Origin: Cenococcum geophilum
Lineage: Eukaryota
Direction of reading: 5' to 3'
Length of the DNA: 64,000 nt
NCBI GenBank assembly: GCA_050273025.1
Contig: CP158635.1
Span: forward strand, 22,630,001-22,694,000
Below are positions 1 through 14,300 of the stretch, in pieces (position 1 is the stretch's first letter; the number at the start of each line of letters is the position of its first letter). A model generated the notes under the pieces. That model ran no database searches. It was given only the letters and a program-made list of their open reading frames with translations, and had not been told where the DNA came from. Position numbers and translations under genes: made by a program.

Positions 1-2961
1 AGTATTTATTTAAGTATAAGAGGCCTAAAGGATTTAATGCCGAGGGTATACATATAAAGAAGGTGCGTAAAAAGGTAGAGTATAATAAGGATCTAGCTGC
101 CTAAGTGGAACGACTTAAGCTTATGGAATTAGATACTAATAAAGCTTAATAACAATAGGACGAGAGCTAGGAGACAGTTAAGATTAAGGGAGAAGCTAAT
201 GCGATATTCCTAGAATCGTATTACACTGGTTAACTCTATCCACTAAAGCTATTAACTATTCTTAACTTAGGAACTACTCTCCATATCTTTAATAACCTCT
301 CTCGTTTTTATAACTTTAGGAAAGCTCTAAAATATAAATACGTTATTGCCGGTAGCTCAGAAGTGCCTATACTAGGCTATAGCGATGTTACTATCTAAGT
401 TACAAAACTAGACAAGAGTAAGGGAATCCTATGTCTTAAGGACGTTGCCTTTTATACGGACTTTAATATAAATCTAGTGTTGTTCCGTCTACTTTAAAAA
501 TAAGGATACTACTAGGATAATAAAGGAGATAATAATCTTTTAGTTTAGAAGGATAATACAATCCTATATTAAATAGAAGAACGTTATAGATAATAGATTA
601 TTAAGTACGTACGACTAGGAAGTCTATTAGCGTTTAATATAAGCTAACTGCTACGCCGTTAACAGAAGCGCAGAGTATCGTTAAAAGATATTTATCCAGA
701 TGTAAAAGGTAATATATAACTATAGCACCTGCGTCTAAGTTATCTAGGACCTATAAGCCTTTATTATTTAGGTATTAACGCCCTAGGAGTTAAGCTTTAA
801 GGCCCTAGGACGACGGAATATTAATACTATAGCCTTACTAAAATTAAGCGTTAGGTCTTACAAAGGTTCTTAAAATAAAAAATTAATAAACCCTATCTTA
901 ACCTCTATATTAACTAAACTAACCTTAAAAAAGCGTATACCGGATTTATATAAGTTATGCTTATCCATAACACCTACTTAGGAAGATCCTTCCTGTATTT
1001 TATAACAACGCACGGTAAGGAAAAGGAGACACTATAAGTGCTTAAAGATTTCATTTAGTGGATTTATCTAAGGTATAACCTTAAAGTTAATACTATTAGA
1101 TTAGATAACAAGCTAGGGAGAAGGAGAACCCTTAAATGGCTACGGACCTAAGGGATTATATTTAAGCCTTCGGCGCCTTATATATAAGCTTAAAATAGTA
1201 CCGCTAAACGCTTAGGGGGTATAATTATTAAGAAAGCACGTGTAATAAGAATTACAGCTAATCTACTATATAATCTATAGGACAAGATAGTTAACTATAT
1301 AGTTTATCTTTAAGATTAAACGCCATAGGAAAGTAATGGTTAGAAATCGCTATATAAGAGGTTTTATACTTTCCTAGCTAATAAAAGATTAAGAAAGCCG
1401 CAACTAGCGCACCTAAAAGCCTACGGCTGTAGGGCGTACGCAATGACGTCGGACGCCTAGCTAAAGAAGAAAAGGCTAAATAAGCTAGATCCGTGAGCCC
1501 ATATTAACTACCTCGTCGGCTATAACTCTACTAATATCTATAGGATCTAGATCCTATATAAGGGTATCGTCATCTCTACTAGGGATATTATCTTTAACGA
1601 AAAGATATTCTTTAACAGTAAGCGAACGGACATCTTAAAGGATCTACACGCCGAGTTAGATACGCTAATTAAGAAGATTTAACTTCCTAATACCTAGATT
1701 AAGAATGAGGTCCTTCTAGAAGACGATAATAAAGTATTTAAACCGTTAATTTAAGAGAAAGACAATAACGCCGATAATAAGCCAGTGCGAACCTTTAATA
1801 AGTTAGCAGATCTTAAGCTTATAAGAGCTCTTAAAGATACGTATTATACGCCACCTCCAACAAAAAAAGATAAAGAATCTCCATATGCCTTTTATATTAA
1901 GTATCCTACGAAGTTAGATATATAAGGTACTAATTAGAACATCGTTAGCCGAGTAAGAGATAGGTTTTACACTTAGGGGGTGTTCAACGACTTGGTTAAA
2001 GACTTATTTAAGAAAGCCTATAATAATAGGTTTAAAGACTTTATTACTAAAAGGATCACTTTAGCCTATTAAGGCGCCTTCTTAGCAAGAAGGAAGTTTA
2101 ACCTTAATAGTTAACTTAACAACAGTAGGCTAAAATTAGGTAGAATACGTGATGTTAGACTATAGAGGAAGAACTTACCTCCCCCACCTTAGTTAATTTA
2201 GGACCTTAATATATACCCTCTTTAAGATCATTTCTAAAAGGCCTAACGAGCCCACCTTCAATCTTATTATTAAATGAGGTTATTTTAAGAAACGAATAAA
2301 AAGCACGCAAAGGGATAGCAGATTCTTAGCCTAATATGGGTATTCGTCTATAAGACGGATAAGTATAATTTCCTCTAGAAATATAAGGCACGATTAATAG
2401 TATATAGAAATTAATAGGCCCCAGGAGACCTACCTACAAGAGCTACTATATTAGTAAGTACGACCTTTTAGACCCTAATGGCGATCACCGCAAAATTCGA
2501 CCTAGAGACGATATAGATAAATATAGTTAACGCGTTTATCTATTACGATCTTAACGAAGTCGTTTATATAAGGCTACCGCTAGGGTTTAGTAAAGGAAAG
2601 ACAGATAAAGTACTGCGCTTAAGAAAAGCCCTTTACGGACTACAACGATCCCCTCTATTATGGCAAAAGAATCTCATAAGCTCGTTAAACGAACTAGGTT
2701 TCAAAGAGGTCCCTTAGGAGCCGTACGTTATACTAAAAGGTAAAATAGTACGTCGACGATATTGTCTTTTACTACCGAAAGATAAATAAGAAGAAAGCTT
2801 AAGAAGCAATTAAGGAGCTAAGTAAGGAATACCAAATAAGTACCCTTAGCGAGCTAAAATAGTTCCTAGGAATCTATATACTACGCGATTATAGCTAGAG
2901 GCTCCTATAGCTATCCTAGGAAGCCTATATTAAGAAGATAGCTAACCAGTATAAGATAGAT

Positions 2962-3911
2962 TTTTTATTTTTTATTTTTTTATATCCGTTGTATTATACT
3001 ACGTACAATACTGCGCATGCAGCCTCTAGGCTATAGCGCTATAGTTCTATATACATAAATCCTTTCTAGGCAGCTTAATATGTACTAGTAGCTATATCCT
3101 AGTAGTTTATAAATCCCTAGATTAGGGATTTATAGCTTCCTAGTAAATACTAGGTTGCTAACAACTATTAGGTAGTGAGAAAACGGTAGGAAAATAGTAG
3201 AAAGAATTAAAATAAGTAAACCTAACGCCTGTCCCTGTTCTATTTATAGTTTATTTCTATCCTTTTACTTTCTATAGTCTATCTACTAGGACTTTAGTAG
3301 GAGTTACCTCCTTCTAGAGATCCTACTGCTCTTAACTACTTTCTAGTAGCTATTTTTATCCTACTTAAAAATAGAAAAAGTGCCCCTCTTCCTTTCTTTA
3401 TGCAAAAAAGCTTCTCTAGTAAGAGAGAAGAGGCTATTTATCTGTGTATTTCCTTTCTATCTTCCCAGTATAGTCTACATTCTAGTAAGAGATGCGTAGG
3501 GGTTTGTACCGCGGTATAGCCCCTAAAGCATCTGCCTTCTTTATCCTTCCCTATTGTTTTAGAGAAGGATTTAAAGAAGCCTTTTCCTAGTTTTAGTTGA
3601 AAGAAAGCTGAGTATAGCCTTTTAGGATATTTATCCTTAGGGGCTTTAAAAGAAAAGGGGTAGTTTCCTTTACAGATTCTAGTATAGTGTTTTCCTTTAC
3701 TTTTATTCTGTTGCCAATTGTCTTTCCACTGTTCTAGTATCTTTTCTCTTGCTCGTCTCCCTAGGTAGCCTAGAGAAGTATAAGAAGATTATAGTTTTCT
3801 TCTAGAGAGGCCCTTTTTAGCTAGCTTATCTGCTATTTCGTTTCTATAGATTCCTAGATAGCTAGGAACCCAATAGAAGTTAATAGAGATCCCCTTACTA
3901 GCTAAATAGGA
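2962..3911 (-). mobile_element. 5'-truncated LINE copy (~950 bp) inserted in the copia RT
   Basis: Near-identical to 30246-31193. A-rich tail at the left end. TSD aagatagat at 2953-2961 and 3912-3920. Copia RT sequence resumes after 3920. Confidence 0.95.
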
Positions 3912-4962
3912 AAGATAGATCTTAAAGGGCGTCTTCTAGATACTCCTATGGCAGAATCTAAACTCCTCCCTATTAATTACCAATCAATCCGTCTAACGCT
4001 TCCGTCCCCTAATATAGACCTACTAGTCCATCCTATATCCCTACTAAGAGAAGCAGCTTCTACGATGCTATATTAGAGAAAATTGGGTTTAATGCTTTAT
4101 GTAGCCACTACGACGCGTCCGGATATTGCCTTTGCAGTATTACGGCTAGTAAGGTTTAATTAGAACCCTAGCTAAGAGCACTATTAAGCGGCAGATAGAG
4201 TAATCTAATACCTATATAGCACGAGGAGCAGAGTAATCTACTATGGAGGAGATAAGGAAGGAACGAACAGTAGAGGGAGAGATATAGGAACAGGACGAGA
4301 CGACGGAAGAGACGGTAGAAGTAAAGCGCAATTATTTATCTGTGCTAGCGATGCATTATTCGCGGATAACTCCGTTAATAGAAAGAGCTCGTAAGGATAT
4401 ATTATAAAGCTATTTAGGGGACCGATCGCCTGGAGAGCAAATAAGCAGGATATAGTGACGACGTTAAGCATAGAAGCTAAGTTATTAGCCCTATTACAGA
4501 CAGTAAAGGAAGCTATCTTTATTAGCAGGCTATTTAAAGTAATAACGTTATACCTAAACGAGCCCTTAATTATTAACTGCGATAATATCTAGACACTCTA
4601 ACTAATTATAGAAAATACGGCAAAGCTAATTATAAAGCTCCGACATGTTAATATCTATTAATACTAGTTGCGTTAAGAATACGTAATAAGACGAGTGCTA
4701 TTACAATAGAAAGCGATAAAGGAGATAATCGCTAATGGACTTACGAAGGCTCTGCCCAAGCAGAGGTTTAAGAGCTTCGTTAATATAATTAGAATGGTGG
4801 ATATTAAGGAGCGGCTAAATAAGGAGAAGTAGCTGGAGGACCTAAGGGAGAAGGTTAGGGCGAGAAGGAAGGATTTAGATAAGATTACGGTTTAATTAAC
4901 GTATTAACGGACACGAGAAGGTGGTTAGCTTTGTCCTCAACCAGGTTGAAGCTAAGGGGGTA

Positions 4963-5136
4963 TATTAGATAATCTGTATTCTCTGTGGCGTAGGATGTGC
5001 ACGAGTTACGTATACGGGGCACGTGTATTATAAATCTCTTCATAGAGCCCTAGGGGCCCTAGGTCAAGACACGATCAAGATTATTAATTAATTAACCCAT
5101 TTTATCAATAAATAGCTCTATATGCATTATCTGACA
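4963..5136 (+). repeat. 3' LTR of the copia element (174 bp)
   Basis: Starts tattagataat (RIP form of tgtcagataat) just after the PPT and ends attatctgaca, giving an 11-bp terminal inverted repeat. Confidence 0.85.
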
Positions 5137-5269
5137 ACTTCTAAAACTTTAAAACTCCTTATCTTCGAAATAAAGGCGTGGTAGGTAATTGCATGCGTTT
5201 CTTACCCTTACTACGAACCCAAGATAGTAAACGAGGAGACTCTGTTCTGGTTAAATAAGACCATTCTTA

Positions 5270-8011
5270 TCTACTTGGCTAAGTAGTAAGAGAGACTTTA
5301 GACTAGCGGCTCTTAGATAATATAGCTCTTTCGCGCCCTTCTATTTACTTAGTTCTGTCCCATAATTCTTTAGGCAACTCTATATAACTTTATCCTTCTG
5401 TAATAACTAGGGGCACTCTACTTAGATCTACCGTAATAGCTAAAGGATTAATTCTATTACCGATGCAGTAAAAGTAAAAGCGGCTATTGAAGCGTTCTAT
5501 CTTAGTTGTATGCATTAGCTTAAACGTATCTTTATAATTCTTGACGGCCCTAAGACAGTAGGAATGCATCCATTTCCTAACTTCGTTCCTGTTACTATTA
5601 AGAAGAAGGTTATAATCTTAAATTACTGCTAAAGAATTCTATTATTGTTTATTAAAAAGGGCGTCGGATAGAGCGCTAGTAGCTGTAAGCTTAACTACTA
5701 CAGGGAAGCGATATGGAATCGCGCTGTAGAGATTGGCATATCTAGACAGCGTATGGGGCAGCGCTCTTAAGTCTTAGTGCGTATCTGCCAACTCTGCCTA
5801 AGTACCTCCTTTAGTGACCTTAAGGTTATTATAATCGTCCTAAATACTAATAAACTATAGTAGTATTATTTGCTAGGTTCTAGTTAAAGGTCCTTTCGCT
5901 TTATAAGGAAGGTAAAACATAGTTATATATATATCTCCTTTCTTATATAGCTAAGCTACCTAGTCGGTTGTATACTTTTCTACGTCTTTAGTGGTCTAGT
6001 TTTAGTTAGAGATCTTATAAACAAATCCGTCGCCCTTAGTTAATCCTCGCGCCTTAAGATCCTCTTATTATAATTCTAGGTAGTAATATATACCGGGTAG
6101 GATAATTATACAGTTATCCTTAGTCTTATTATCTAGAGAAACGCTCCCTTAGATTATATCGGCACCGCATCTACTTTTAAGGAGTAAGGGAATATTAACG
6201 TTAATATGGCGGAAAGCTGTAGAGTCTCCTTTAACCGCGAATTTTATATAATAAGGGTAAGAAATAAGTTATTACTAGCTATTAGGTCTAAGAGCGTAAT
6301 AGAGACAATAATACTAAGGGTTTTATCTTATTAGCTATTAGTAGAGACCGTAAACTATTATTCTTAACTAGCTATAATTTAGCCGCCTATTAATTAGACG
6401 CTAATGGTAGCGGTATATATATATTTCCTTATTAATTATCGCCAAGATATTAAAATTCTACTACTATTTAAATATGTTTAAAATTACAGATCCTTCTCGC
6501 TGCTATACTTCTTAGTTTTTTAGTAATATTATCTAATTAAGCAAAGCCTCTCTATTATATAAAAACCTTAACGCTAAGTTATAAATGAACTTATACAGTT
6601 TTAAGAAATTAGATGGAACTAGAGGTTTATAAGCCTTTCTAAACTAAGAGTACGTAGTAGGATCGGTCTTTATAGTGCTAAGGTAGTTATAAGCGTAATA
6701 TATTAAACGAAGTCTATAATACAGTGCGGTATAGTTTAAACCCTTTATTGCTAAACCTATACGTCCTCCTATAGCTTATATATATATTTAGCAACCCTTA
6801 TATATCTCTAGATTAGAACTAGCTGCCCTATACTAACTGCGTAAGAGCTTTATAACCTTAGTTGGTTTAATTTTAGTAGTTTGGTTTAGGGACGCCTTAA
6901 AATAAGCGGGTATATTATCTTTATAGTCACACCCTCGTTTTACGCGGAGTATTACTATAGCATCTACGGCCTCCTTAATATACTCCTCATTATCTTCTGG
7001 CTTAATAATATTCTTATTAAACATTAATTTTACTCCTAGCCCTCCTACTTCTAGGTAAGTAATTATCAGCCCTCTTTTTAGATTCCTTCTTAATAAAGAT
7101 ACTAGTAGCCGTAAGGGCGAGCTAATAGGCGTTTTAGCTGCAAGAATGCTCTTATTTATAGATAATAAAGGTAAGTTAACTAATATAGGTAATCCTTATT
7201 AGGACGGACTTGGTATAATACTAACGCCTCTTCCTTAAATAGGTGTTAATAGCTAAAAGGCTAAAGGATTTATTACGTTAGAAGCATATTATAAATATAT
7301 TTATAATATAAGAGCTAAGCTCTTTCCTACTTGTTTAATTCCGATATTAGTAACCTCTAGTCCTATAGTAGTTAGTCTTTTACTTTTTAGCGGTAGGTTC
7401 TTATTTAGAATAAGGAAGCTAGTTAAGTGTCTTCCTAAGCTATACTTATTTACTACCTGGTTTAATACTGCCCTTTTTAACATTTTCGGCACGAGCGTGA
7501 AATCGGTTAGCTGTAGTTAAGTAGTATTCTTAATGCCACGTCCTAGATGTTTAAGCCTATTAATTAGGGCCTTATTAACTTATACCGTTACTTTATAAAG
7601 TAGGTAGATGGTAAGCTTTTGGGCGGTAAAAAGGAAGTGGTAAGAGACCGCGTGTTTAAGTGGACCGTTAAGAACACCTTATCCCTAGGACTTTCGGATG
7701 GTTTCTCTAGCTTTATTATACTAATTTCTTTAATCTTTTGCTATTTTACTAATGTTAGAGATGTTTTTAAAGATTAATAAAAACGCGTCCCTTTTTAGAG
7801 ATGCTTGTAGCCTATTATCCTAGTTAATATAATTAACTACTACACTAGCAGCATCTGTGTAGTTTTCTTAAGAGAGTAGAATCTTATTATAGATTTAGAG
7901 GAATACTACCTAATGCCAATTAACTGCGAAGCCTCTAACTTTTATAAGGATGTCGCTAATTTATCGCTTAGCTCCTTTATATAATACTAGAGGTCTGCTA
8001 GATAAAGATAT
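5270..8011 (-). pseudogene. RIP-degraded ORF3 of element A (~910 codons); C-terminal half is PhyH-like Fe(II)/2OG dioxygenase
   Basis: One reading frame across 2.7 kb (track ORFs 7301-7492 and 6833-7024 are both in it), broken only by TAA/TAG. Motifs: 'GDSTAFRHINVN' (H at 6208, N<-D at 6202), 'I*GSVSLDN', 'CIIILPGIY' (PGMH), 'KGDIYITMFYLPYKA' (GD...LPHG, H<-Y at 5905), then 'T*QII' (TRRTM). Both ends approximate. Confidence 0.72.
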
Positions 8012-8329
8012 AATAAATATACTGTTATTAATTCTATTTAATTTGTAACTTTAACTAATCGCGGCTGTGTTTAAGGCTTATTAAGGGTAAAAAGGTAAAG
8101 TTCTAAATAGGGTTTCCTAATCTAAATAGTCTACTAAATTTAGGTAGTAGTATAGAGTTCTGCCAGCTCTAATTGTTAAATAGACTAATTATGATTTTCT
8201 ATCCCTAGGATAGAAAATCGCTATTAGCTTAGTGAAGGCGGTAAGCGGAACTAACATTTTTGCAGTGAATAATACTAGATAGTTATGCGTAAATATTCTT
8301 TTATCCTTACCTTACTGCTACCACATATT

Positions 8330-11300
8330 AGATTCCTGTAACTAAAAAAAGTAAATAAAAAAGTATAATAGAAAGAGCTTTAGGAAATATGGTAAATAAA
8401 CGGATAGATTACACGGCTGTTATTTATATCTTTTCCCCTACCTTAAAACTTAACTGTCCCCTAGTTAAATGTTTTATACTTAGTTTTGTTAAATAATCTT
8501 TTTAGAATATATACTTTTTAAACTACACAGCGTTACGATACTGGTGGATTTTATATAATATCCTCCTTAGGTTCTAGCTCTGCTATTATTTCTTATAGTA
8601 TAGTTCCGCCTAACTAGTTAAGCTAGTCTTCCTAGTAAACCTTAGATATCTATTATTAATAGAACTTCTTTAATTTATTCCCTAGAGTTTAATTATAGAA
8701 TAGCGTACCGTTAAGATTCTTAATTAAGTACCATCCTTTATAAGGGTAACTCTTATATATATGGAACGGGCCCAGCTATTTTAGGTCTAACTTATAACTG
8801 CTAAAATAGTCTTACTTAAGCTGCGTATTATAAAGTATAATTATATCTTTAACCTTAAATCCGTCCTAGCGAATATGGTAGGTATTATTAAAGTACTCCT
8901 TATTTACTACCCTTAGTCGTCTTATACACGTAATAGCCTCTTTTATATTTACGTCTCTTTAGTTAAACTGCTTTACACGAAGTGCTAGTAGCTCTATAGT
9001 AGTCTAGACTATTTACTAAGGTAGTATTTGCTAAGTAGGTATATAGAGTTTAATAGGAAGGATATGCTTATATCCGTATATAACTCTTACCGGTGTTATT
9101 CCTATAGGCCGCTTAATAGTTATCTTATCTGCCTATAAAACGGTATAAAGATTGTTTAGCTATAAGCTATTTATCTTCGCCAAAGCGTCTATTATAGGTT
9201 TGTAGCTTTGTTCTATAAAGCCTTACGCCTAAGCGTAGTAAGTGGAAGCTATAACCCTCTTAATATTATAAAGCTCTGCGAGCGCAGCGGTAACGTTAGT
9301 ATTCTCTCCTCTATTATCTACAGAGAGTTGTCTAAATACTCCCTATTGGCAGATAATATCTTTATAGAGGAACTTCGCTATACTTTTTATATCCTTATTT
9401 TAAAGGGCGCGAGCTTCTACCTATCTAGATATATATTCTTAAGTAATAGCTAAATACCGAAATCCGAGATAGCTTAGAGGTATAAACATAATATCTACTA
9501 CTACTCGTTGCTATAAGGTGGACTCCTATATAGGGTGCATCGCTTCTTCTTTCTATTTTGGCTGTCGCTCCTGGTATTATAGATATAACTTAATATACTA
9601 CGATATCTGATCCTATAGCCCTAGCTACTAATATTAATTTAAGACCCTCTAATACGTTCCCTTTTGTTTATAATATCCGCTTTAATTATAAAGGCTTTTA
9701 ATAATCTCCCGCTAAGCGTCCTTATTATTAACTACCCTTTATATTAGTATATTTTTCGACTATTAGCGGAAGAGCTGTTAATTACGCATTAGGAACTTTA
9801 GCGTATATTATTTAAACTTTTTAAACTCCTTAGTATTTATTTCTTCTGGATATTATAAGGTCACTAGCTACTTCGTAATCTTTTAAATTTTCTCTAAATA
9901 TAAGTCTTCTAATAGTAGACCCGCTTTTATTTTAAGAGGGGCAGCTATATATTTTAAGGCACTCAGTTTACAGTTAATAAACTCTTTAATATCCTTAGTC
10001 GGCTTATTAGGTTGTTTACTATTAGGCGGTTGTTATAAAAGTCCGTTAGCTAGGCTATTCTTCTTCCCTAGTATATATCTAATATTAAAGTCCCATAGCT
10101 AGATTTATACTAGCTATCTTATTATTAAGGCTCTGGGTAAATTAGTGGCGGTATAATTTAGTTATATAACTAGGGTATTTGTGTTTATCTCTACTATAAA
10201 GCGAATACCGTATAGGTATATACGATACTTCTTTAATATATACAATAATGCCCGATATTTAAGCTTTCCTAAGTTATATTTCTGCTCCGCCTAAGACTAG
10301 ATACCGCTTTTATATTAATACGGGTAATAATAACCTTATACGTTTAGTTGCATAAGGCCGCACCCCTATTTATTCTTATATCCGTTAACGGCAAGAATAA
10401 TTAGCCTAGCCCTTTACTATAATCTAGCTAAACCAATATGGGTGTAATAGTAACTACATGCTTTAGAGTCTTTATAGCGGCTATTTACTCTATACCCTAT
10501 ATAAATAAAACGTTTACTTATAGTAGTTGGAAGAATGGCTCTGCCTTAATTGCGAAGTCTTTTACCTATATTTAGTAATATACGATAACTCCTAAAAACG
10601 CTTAAGCCGATATAACGTCTTTATAGTCTTTCTAGTAAATAATCTTTGCGACCTTTAACTCTTCTAGATATCGTTTTTTTTTATTACAGTGGTAGCTAAC
10701 TACTATAATCTTGTCTTTATAGAAATGAGACTTTACGCCTAAAATCGTATACTTAGCTCGTTCTAAATCTATAAGCACTCCGTCTAGCCATATAATATGT
10801 TTTAAAATATATCTACGCACACCTAGAAGGCTCTCCTACCTATTATATACTGTCTATAGGCCTTTTACTATAATATTATTTAGAAATGGCAGGGCATAGT
10901 GTGGGATATGTTGTTCTAAGATCTTAGTAATCGTCCGCACGAACTAGGCTACGGAATTTATACCTTTTATAGGTACCGTTATTTATTATAGAAGTCCCAG
11001 AGGTATTATAAAAGCCATTAAGTTCTGGCTTTTTATATCTAGCTCTAATTGGTTATAGCTAGAGAAGAAGTCTACTAGAGATATAACCTTACACCCCATA
11101 AACTCCTTGGAAAATTCATCGGCATATAGCAGTAGATTTGCGTCCCTAACAGTTACTTAGTTAATATTTATTACCGCGTTAATTAGTTAGTACTTATTAT
11201 GTTCCTTCTTACTTATAAGAAACTATGGATTTCTATATAGGCTTTTATAATATTTTAGAGTCCCTTAAGCTAGTCGTTCTTATAATATATTTATTACTTC

Positions 11301-14300
11301 TCCTTATAGGGCCCTAGGTACTAGAAAGTTCGGTACTTACTATACCTTATACGGCACGGTTTTAATCTTTAGTAGTAAAGTTACGTCTCTACTAACGCGA
11401 CCTATTTTAGAGAACTTCTATACTAGAGCCTCTTCTTGGTTAAACAGTATAGCCTTAAGGATCTCTTGTTCTTTTAGCTAAATATCTTCTATAATTATAC
11501 GCTCCAATTATTCTGGCTTTAGTTATACACTATAGGCCAGCTTAGTGTATTACGGCTTAAGAAAATAATTATACGGTCTAAGAGGTAATCCTTAGATAGA
11601 CGCCTTCTGTTAATATAAGGCCACCTCTTACTATTCCACTATGCCTCCTATAACTGTTCCATCTAGTGCCGATAAATTAACTAGGTAGACTTTATCTGCC
11701 TTCTATTTATACGCAGTTACTATATTTATAGTATTTAGTCGGGCTTTACTCCAGCAGCTTTTTATTTACATTATAAATAGATCCGTTATCTTTAATATTC
11801 GATATATAAGGGACTTAGTTTTTACTTTAAATACTAGCTTCCGATTCTTCCTTAAGTGTTTCTTTAAAACTTCCTTTAATATTTTGCTGTTAAGCTCTCT
11901 CTATCTAATATTATGCTCCTTTCCCTACTAATGGCTCTGTTTAGTAGATATCTAAAACGGTATATATCCGTGTTAGAGCTGCACCTTATTTCCCTCCTCT
12001 TTATTCTTAATGTCCTTCTTATCCTAATACGCCGGGTTATAAGTAACCCTAGATATAATCCTAGCGGTTATACCAGCTATATGTTTTCTAAACTATTTTC
12101 TATATTAATACCTTTATCTAGTTTAAAGAACATTGTATCCTTATAGGACATTAAGAACCTTATTTTAACTCTACTATCTTTTAATTAAATAATATAAGAT
12201 ACCTAACCTATTGCGGTTCGTTTTGTTACTAGTCTAGCCCTTACTAACTATAGCTTACTAAGTATTACCTTATATAACCTTTCCCCTACAGCAATAAACG
12301 TCGTAGATATTAAGATGTTACCTATTACTATAGGGACCGTATATACTAGCCTAATGAACTTAGACTAAGTTTTATTTATAGATATTAGATATACGCCTTA
12401 TAACTATAAAGGCAGACTTAATATTAGTAGGCCGTGTTATAGGGCTACGCTTTCCTTAATAAGGTTAAGCTTAGCTCTAGAGTTAATTAAGCATTTAGCC
12501 CTTCCGTCTCCTATCTGCGCTTCTACCTTTAGGCACCGCCTTTAAAACTAGATAAATCCTGCTTCTCGTTTAATCTAGTCCACTTTAGCAGTTGTTAGGC
12601 CGGCTTAATTAGCATAGAACGTTAGGTATGCTAATAATACGGATGCCTTAACGTCCTTTTACTTCTATTGGTAAGGCTCCACAAGGGGTAGTAGGAGAGG
12701 CTTAAAGAATAGCCTTGTAACTTTAGGTATATATATAAGGCAGTCACTAATAGTAACTTTAATGGTTTTTAATAAGATCTTATCTGCTATTATAGTTGGG
12801 CTTAGGACGTTTCCTTTTAGTATATCTATTATCCTAACTGGCTTTAGTTATAATGTTTTAACTATCGTTATTATATCCGCCATTTGCTCCGCCTATCTTA
12901 GCTGTTTAGTATAATTAATTTTATTACCCCTATTACTGCTTAACGGTAATAGAGGAGCCTACTGCTAGGGCCATAGTGCAATTTAGATATGTCCTCCTAG
13001 TTATATATTTTAAACTATTGCTAGTCGCGGACCAGATAGTTTTAGAGGCTATTTTATTACCCTTACTTCCCCTTACAGTCTCCTAAGATTATATACCCGC
13101 GGCGTAGGCTATAACTAGGTTACGGCCCCTACCGAATTAACGTATATTAACTTTACTTAGTACACATCTTCTCAGGACTTATTAAGTTCCTCTTTACTTT
13201 TAGCGTTACTACCCTCTATAAGCTCTACGGAAGCTGCCTTTAGTTAGACACCTATTGCTAGCGCATTAGAATTAATATTCGCGTTCTGCCTTAGCTAGTC
13301 TTTAAGAAACTAGATCTAATTATTGCTTAGTAAATATAGAATTGTATTTCCTAGGCGCTTACGTATTCTAGCGCATATTTGGTTATTTTTGTTTATATAT
13401 AGGAAACTATAATAAACTAACTCTTTAAGCTCTGGACACTAATTCATAAAATGGTAGGCACCCCTATATCTATAATACATCTGATTTTGTGTCTAGTATA
13501 CGCCAAAGTTCCTTAGCCCTTTATACCTTCCTAGGCCCGGCTTATATTGTTCTTATAGCGCTCCCTTATAGGGCGGCTGCGGTCTATTGTTACCTAGTGC
13601 CAATTACGGGTCTATTTATTTTTGATATATTAACGCCCTATTTAGGAGCTATATATACCATATTAGATTTTAGCGAATTCTGTCTAGGAATGGCATTAAA
13701 GATATAACGCCTGCCAATTTAACCGTCCTAAGATTAAGCTTTTGGAGTTAATTAGTAAGTTTCTCTAGTTTAGGGTCTATTTCCTAAGTCGTTTAACGGG
13801 TATTTGCCGACTTACTTAGCTAAGAGACTATAGGTGGTCGAAGGGTAGTATCTCTTTAGTTTGTTATAGCTAGTTGCTAATTATAGAATTGTCCAACTAG
13901 CTAACAAAGGCCTTATTCCTTAGGATTTATTATTAATAACTAATTGGCGCTTTTATGCGAATTAAGCCTGTCTTTTATAGCTCTCCTTAGCAGGTGGAAG
14001 TTAAAAGACTCTCGCCTATTAGGGTCGGCTTCTGTTTTAGTTATTATATATCTTTAATATTTAAATAGGAGTCCTCTTGCGAACTAGTACCCTTATTTAC
14101 GGTTTTCTAAATTACTAGCCTTAGTAACCTTCTAGGAGATTAATGTAAACTGCCTATAGTATTTGCGTATACTGCTAGGTGGATTGTTCCTGTACTATAG
14201 TATATAAGCTTTTAAGAATTCTACCGTTTTAACTTGTTAAAAGTAGTTACTTCTTTAGTAGTCTATTCTAAGCTTTCCTATAAGTTCTATCTAGTTACTA

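Larger units (their letters stand above)
1..5136 (+). mobile_element. Ty1/copia LTR retrotransposon (5' part outside window), RIP-inactivated
   Basis: Copia domain order on +: protease-like 'TILNLGTTLHIFN' (~255-295), GAG-pre-integrase 'L*HLRLSYLGP' (~720-752), integrase (~900-1450), RT 'IWVFVYK' (~2335) and 'YVDDIV' (2749), RNase H 'CASDALFAD...MIANGLTKAL' (~4340-4755). PPT gaagctaaggggg (4948-4960) precedes the 3' LTR. Confidence 0.93.
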
